Shown here in pieces: positions 58,555 to 64,000 of a stretch of 64,000 nucleotides of DNA (position 1 is the first letter of the stretch; every line of letters begins with the position of its first letter). A program made the position numbers and the translations under genes. Location of the stretch: contig MU006000.1 of the NCBI GenBank assembly GCA_010093745.1, positions 1 to 64,000 on the forward strand, read 5' to 3'. The notes below the pieces were generated by a model that had not been told where the DNA came from, did no database searches, and saw nothing but the letters and a program-made list of their open reading frames with translations. This DNA is from Piedraia hortae CBS 480.64. Taxonomy: Eukaryota.

Positions 58555-60097
58555 TCATGTCTGAGCGGGGGCGGGGTCTAGCAAATGTGCAAATTGCTGA
58601 TTCCATTCGGCAATGCCCCGCTCCAGCATCACCGCCATCTCAGCGCTGTTCATCTCGTCAAACTTCCGCTCGCTTGACCCCTCCACCTCACCTCGCTCCC
58701 CAATCTCCGCTGCTGTTTGCCGGATGAACAGCGACATGTTGTCCAGCGCCTTCTTCATGTGAGCAGCTGTCATCTCCACTGGCTCTTCGGGGCGAGAGGA
58801 ATTATTTTGCTTGCCCCTGCCTTTGCCGAACCGGCTCTTGGCGACGTTTTCAACCGCAGCTGCGGGGCCATCACCGTTGGCAACCTCGTCGCCGCTGCTG
58901 CCGCCGGCCTTTCGACGCTTGGATGGGGATCCATTGGCGGCGGCTTGGGCAGCCTTCTTGCCCTTCTTTCCAGGGCCTTTGCGTCGAGGGCTGGCTGGGA
59001 CGGGTGATTGCGATCGCTTGATCTCGGTCTCTTCGGGCTCAGGGTCTGTAGACGGTCAGCCAAGCAAATAAAGACTATCCCACAGCGACTCACCGTCTCC
59101 TCGGCGTCTTCCAGCCCGCTCTTGCCGTCTTCCAGCGGCTTCTGCACGAGCCTGCTCACGCTCCTTTTCCCTTTCTCGCTGCTCTGCCTGACGTGCCATC
59201 TGTGCAGCTTCGGCACGACGCTTCTTGGCCTTTGCCGTTCCCTCGTCATCTGACGCCCCCTCGGTGGCTGTCATGGAAATCGAGGCTGTGCGTTGGCGCT
59301 TCACATCGGTTTTGGCCCTGGATAGCGTTAGCAAATGCTCTAATGCACCGCCAGTTGCGCTCATACTCCTCTCCACTGCCCTCCCTGCTCCTCTTCCCAT
59401 TGGTCTTCGTAGCATCGGGGTTTGCATCGCGTCTGCTTTCTTCCAATGCTCGCCGCAGTTGCTCTTCTTCAACATCATGCTCCTTACTTCTCATGGTGGC
59501 GCGTCTGCGCACCGACACCGAGTCCATGCTGGCACGCGTGATGTGTGCCTCCCGTTCTTTTCGCGCCCTCTCATCGCTGCGGCTGACGGAGGCTTTGCGC
59601 TTGGGTTTATTAGCTACAGGCGCATAGATGGAGTGCTTCTGGCCACGCGAATCGGTCTGCAGCGAGTGTTCCTTGGGCTTGCACTCTTCGCAATAGTACT
59701 TGTCCGGCGTGCGGCTCTCCTCAACGATGCCGACGCATCCACCGTGCTGCCAAACACCACAACCGTCACATTGGATGAAGAGTCCGCCGACCTCCTCGGA
59801 CTGCGTATCAATGCCGTGAAAGGCTCCGCTCAGAGGCGGCCCGGGATAGTCTTGGGATCCGCACACGCAACGTGTCACGTCATCGTCGTCATCTTCTTCC
59901 TCTTGGACCTCGTGCTGCCGTCCCATGTCTTCTCCCTCTCGTGAGGACCGCGACCCTGCCGCTGATGCAGACGCCGATGCGACCTGTCGCACTGGACGAT
60001 TCGTACGTGAATTGGACGAAGACTCGGATGCTGGCGCTTTCCGCAAGGCTTGTGGTTGATGGTTTGCGCGTGTTGAGCGTCGACCGGGCGAAGGCAT
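58555..60097 (-). CDS. CTI6: PHD-finger protein, Cti6-like (Rpd3L complex; introns 59318-59366, 59046-59093)
   Basis: TRCVCG...FIQCDGCGVWQHGGCVGI...YYCEEC PHD finger; RRRATM...EEEQLRRALEES; the introns join three ORFs in frame. Confidence 0.75.
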
Positions 60098-61021
60098 GTC
60101 TTGAACGTTCAATGAGAAAATGATCCGACGGACAAGCTGATTGGTCTGTGCCTGGCGGTCCTCGGTGGGGCTCGGGATGATTCCAGGATTGGCTAACTGC
60201 TTTCGTCATAAAGCGGGGTGATCTGCCTGAGCTCTTAAATAAGCATCATTTCCACGTGATATGTTGGCATGGATCTAAGTATCATAGCAGGGTAAAGGAG
60301 CCGGTAGAAGGCTCGGAATAGATTTGCGTAAGACATTATGAATAGTGTACTCATTTTCCAAGCGCTGCAACGGGCAAAGCATGATGCATGCAAGCAATAC
60401 GCGATATATCAACCGGCATATCAGATTAAATATTTCTGCATGTTCACCCGAGGTTTGAAAACTGTAGATAGACTTTATTTTCCTCTATAGATTGAACGTA
60501 GCTTGAAGGAACTTTCCAGAGCGCCGTTGGGCCAGCCATCAGATGCCAACGTTTAATCCTCAAGCCCACAAACTTTTGTAGTCACTAAACAAAGGTTGCA
60601 GACGTCGTTTCAGCATGCATAGCTATCAGGTACGAGCACTTTTGACGCGATAAGAGCAAAGGTCTAGGCCATCCGGTAGCTTGATCCCTGTACGGGAATG
60701 GCTGCATCGAATAGCGTGGTATGATGTCAGAGCTCGGCCCACCGTGAGCACAAAGCACAACGCCTTCAATGGGTAATAAAGAGGGATTATGCCCGATTGC
60801 GACTGCGCTCACGTTGCGACGACATGGACGATCAGGCGGAACTACACGGCGATAGTTTAGCAACGCCTGACAGTATGATGTAATCCTAAATGCCCCGCGC
60901 ATGCCCCTCCAACCGCACCGCATCAATAAAACTCCCCGATTCCGACGTTTACCGCCTCTTTTCTTCCTACATTCTCCTGTTCAGCAGGCCAACCCCTTTT
61001 CATAATCTTCAGTAGTTAAAC

Positions 61022-62680
61022 ATGCTGTCCCCGCTTCCCAGTGTTCTCAAGAAAGATGGGTTCTTGCGGAAGCTGCACACCCGCAAAGATAAATCAAAGA
61101 AGAATGAGGAAGAAGACCGGGCTACTCAAGAACCAGACCTGGCTGGCGAGCCTTCTTCATCAGTTTATCTATCTCAGTCACACGTCAAGTCCGATCCTGC
61201 TCTGCCAGTGCAGCGTCCGCCAATGATTAGTTTTCCCTCGCAGTCGGCGAACTATGCTGGTGAGGATGATGAGGATGAGGATGATGAGGATGATGATGAT
61301 GATGAATACGCTCTCGAATCAGTCCCGCCAACACCGCGTTTGGAAATTCATCAGGCTGAGGATTTGATATCGTCATTGGAGCCTCTCACACAGACGGAAT
61401 CGCGCACATCACGTACAAAAATCCAGTGGGCATCGAACGTTGAGATGACACGGAGAGAGCGCCGTCCGAGCTCGGGCGCGCGTAGCCGCCGTTCGTCGAT
61501 ATACCAGCGCACTGCAGACGGTGAACACTTGGAAGGAGTGGACTTTGGCGTCGGCTCCAAGGCTCGTCGGGTGTCCATCTTAATTCCGAAGGAATTTGAT
61601 CTAAAGCCATGTCCGCTGGTGGACCATTTCAAACTATTTGCGCGTTTCCAGAAGAAGCATATTGGTGAAGGCGGCGCGGCAACGGTCCAGTTGATGCAGA
61701 GCAAGACGGCTGGTCAACTAAACGGAGAAAAGAAATGCAACAAAATCTACGCCATCAAGGAGTTCCGTGCGTGGGATAAGAACGAAGAAACGGAGGAAGA
61801 ATATACCCGCAAAATCAAATCCGAATACGCCATTGCCAAGACTCTGCAGCACCCCAACATCGTTGAGACATACCGCCTGTGTTTTTCCGATCATGGCTCC
61901 CGCTGGTACCATGTCATGGAATACTGCGACCAGGGCGACCTCAACGATATAATCCAGACGAAGCAGTTTTCCCGCGAGGACAAAGACTGCATGTTCAAGC
62001 AGCTTGTGCGTGGTGTCGACTATCTCCACGGCCACGGCATCGCCCACCGTGACATTAAGTCCGACAACCTCCTCCTCACACGGGACGGCTGCCTCAAAAT
62101 CGCCGATTTCGGCACATGCGACGTGTTTAGCGGTCCCCATCCCGGCTTCCGCAGTCAAGGCATACCCGACCCCGTGCAAGACGCATGCGAGGTCCGCTTT
62201 TGCGAGCCCGGTCTAGTCGGCAGCAAGCCATACATGGCACCAGAAATCGTCTCCCGAGGAGGGAAATACGACCCACGCGCAGTCGACGTCTGGAGTTGCG
62301 CAATCGTCTACGTAACATTAATAACAGGCGGCACACCCTGGGAAAGTGCCGACCCCTTGGTCAAAAACTATGGAATCTATACTCGATCCTGGGAAGAATT
62401 TGAACAGAAGTTCCCTCATGTCGATATGCTTGGCGAGGAGTATCCTCCATTGCCTAGCTTCGCGTCCTCGAAGCAGTTTGCCTCGTTGGGAACTCTGAGC
62501 ATCAGAGGCATCATCATGGCTATGCTCAACCCTGATCCGGCTAAGCGAGTTCAGATTGATAAAGTCAAGTCGCATAAAATCATTGATGAATTCGCGTGTT
62601 GTCAGCAGAAGGGTTATAGTCAGGACTTGAAGAACAGACAGAGGAAGGCTTTGCATAACCACTGTATTAAGAAGAAGTAG
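61022..62680 (+). CDS. HAL/Npr1-family Ser/Thr protein kinase
   Basis: IGEGGAATV, YAIKEF, SEYAIAKTLQHPNIVET, HRDIKSDN, DFG, GSKPYMAPE, YDPRAVDVWS; poly-D/E tract at 61262-61306. Confidence 0.9.
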   Translation: MLSPLPSVLKKDGFLRKLHTRKDKSKKNEEEDRATQEPDLAGEPSSSVYLSQSHVKSDPALPVQRPPMISFPSQSANYAGEDDEDEDDEDDDDDEYALESVPPTPRLEIHQAEDLISSLEPLTQTESRTSRTKIQWASNVEMTRRERRPSSGARSRRSSIYQRTADGEHLEGVDFGVGSKARRVSILIPKEFDLKPCPLVDHFKLFARFQKKHIGEGGAATVQLMQSKTAGQLNGEKKCNKIYAIKEFRAWDKNEETEEEYTRKIKSEYAIAKTLQHPNIVETYRLCFSDHGSRWYHVMEYCDQGDLNDIIQTKQFSREDKDCMFKQLVRGVDYLHGHGIAHRDIKSDNLLLTRDGCLKIADFGTCDVFSGPHPGFRSQGIPDPVQDACEVRFCEPGLVGSKPYMAPEIVSRGGKYDPRAVDVWSCAIVYVTLITGGTPWESADPLVKNYGIYTRSWEEFEQKFPHVDMLGEEYPPLPSFASSKQFASLGTLSIRGIIMAMLNPDPAKRVQIDKVKSHKIIDEFACCQQKGYSQDLKNRQRKALHNHCIKKK

Positions 62681-62762
62681 AGTAATCAACAAAGGTTTCA
62701 TTGGACAAGAAGCTTTTACAGAGGATGAAATACACCAATACAATATTTCTTTCTCTTGGTAA

Positions 62763-64000
62763 TCACTTTTCTTCCATAATCTCATCAAGCACCAGTTCCC
62801 TTAGTCTCTCCGGCGGCGGTGTAGTCTTGGACCTCATCTGGGGCTTGAACGAAATCCCATACGGGATAACATGTTTCAAGTCCATATCCGGGGTGTAATT
62901 CTCATCCAAGAATACAGAGGGATACTCGTCATCTGTTTCTCGTCGCTTCGGTATCGGATCCTCTTTCTGTGAACGCAGAGGACAGGTCAGTAAAGCGACG
63001 ACTTTGGGATGGGTCGGTCTTTTTCTCGCTAGAGGAGGAGGTTGCACCTGTTCCGTGGTGGGAAAGGATATGTGCAGGGAATTTCTGTTTGGTTGGATGC
63101 GGGTTCGGGAGATGGAGGAGTATTTGGATACCTTTTTTCTGTCCGTCTTGCGGGGGGAGGTCGTTCCAGTGGAATTTCTCTCGCCATTTTCGTTACTTGG
63201 TGAGGCTGGTTGGGAGACGACGTCTGAGGCCTTTGGTCGGGGTCGAGCAAGTGGGATTAGACTTCGGGGTGAGGTTGCTCCTGAGTTGGGTCCCGAGCTT
63301 GCTTTTGTTGAGTTGACTGTCCTGACACATGGTGATTCCGATCCGGAGCTCCGGGCGGGGCCATCATCTGGTCGTGGGGGTGTTGCGAGTCTTGGTATCT
63401 TGGGTTCACCTGGGTTTAAGGTCAACGTCATCTTCCCATCAGGGGCCGCATATGTCTGGTCGTTGCTTTGCTGGGAGCCTGCCTGCTCAGCAATACGCTC
63501 CAGTGCCTTGACCTTGTCTAGTCTTGTCGATCGCCCAAAGACAGGTGTATGGCCATCGCATGTTGCACAGTTGGGTGAAGACTCCTGCAACTGGTGCTTG
63601 CCTGCTGCTGTCGACCTTCTAGGGACGCGTGCAATGTGTAGTGCTTGCTCGAACATACGCTCAACTTTCTTGTCATGACCTGGTCCCGTAGATAGTTCAC
63701 CATTTCCTGATGCCTGCTCTGACGTGAGCTTCAAAGCAGTCGACTGGTTTGGTTCGATTGGGCCTCCAACTGAAAATGTGAGGCCATTGCACAGTGGGCT
63801 TTCTTGCTCAGGCTTGAGCTTCAGCGCCTTGGAGTTGTCTGGTCCAATCGGCCCAGGTGTAAACCCATTCCATATTACATTGTTAGACACAAGGCCCAAT
63901 CCCTGGAGATAGTCTGGCCCCGTCGACTCTTCAGAGACAGGTATACTCCCACTACCTGCAGCATACTCCGGCCCCAAATCCTTTGTCAGACCCATACACG
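62763..64000 (-). CDS. Hypothetical S/P/R-rich protein, possibly 5'-truncated by the window edge
   Basis: 410-aa ORF open to the end of the window; duplicated NG.T..GPI.P..S.ALKL..EQ unit. Confidence 0.6.
   Translation of the reverse strand, partial: CMGLTKDLGPEYAAGSGSIPVSEESTGPDYLQGLGLVSNNVIWNGFTPGPIGPDNSKALKLKPEQESPLCNGLTFSVGGPIEPNQSTALKLTSEQASGNGELSTGPGHDKKVERMFEQALHIARVPRRSTAAGKHQLQESSPNCATCDGHTPVFGRSTRLDKVKALERIAEQAGSQQSNDQTYAAPDGKMTLTLNPGEPKIPRLATPPRPDDGPARSSGSESPCVRTVNSTKASSGPNSGATSPRSLIPLARPRPKASDVVSQPASPSNENGERNSTGTTSPRKTDRKKVSKYSSISRTRIQPNRNSLHISFPTTEQVQPPPLARKRPTHPKVVALLTCPLRSQKEDPIPKRRETDDEYPSVFLDENYTPDMDLKHVIPYGISFKPQMRSKTTPPPERLRELVLDEIMEEK

Overview
Eukaryotic fungal DNA (Pezizomycotina, probably Dothideomycetes; inferred from protein sequences and 44-56 nt GT-AG/CTAAC introns). 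The window alternates between two kinds of block. Compact blocks of conserved genes hold EMC1, a spermidine-synthase-like methyltransferase, haspin kinase, Yra1/ALY, a GPI/mucin-like wall protein, a membrane aspartic-protease-like protein, Tpa1/OGFOD1, a MARVEL protein, Gyp2/Mdr1 TBC GAP, Rsr1/Rap GTPase, an RfeG-like protein, Cbr1, a Cti6-like PHD protein and a HAL-family kinase. Decayed accessory blocks hold three coiled-coil pseudogenes, an F-box/LRR pseudogene and Ty1/copia relics. The best-supported observations are: (1) two ~360-bp solo LTRs with perfect 5-bp target-site duplications, one of which interrupts the RfeG-like ORF so that removing it restores the frame; (2) older relatives of that LTR plus a copia RNase H relic; (3) two distant ubiquitin-like genes that both end in CGRCxCT instead of diGly; (4) a repeated CxGxC-x4-H motif inside a coiled coil; (5) two GC-AG introns. 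No rRNA, tRNA or CRISPR array was recognised. All family assignments come from reading motifs, not from database searches.
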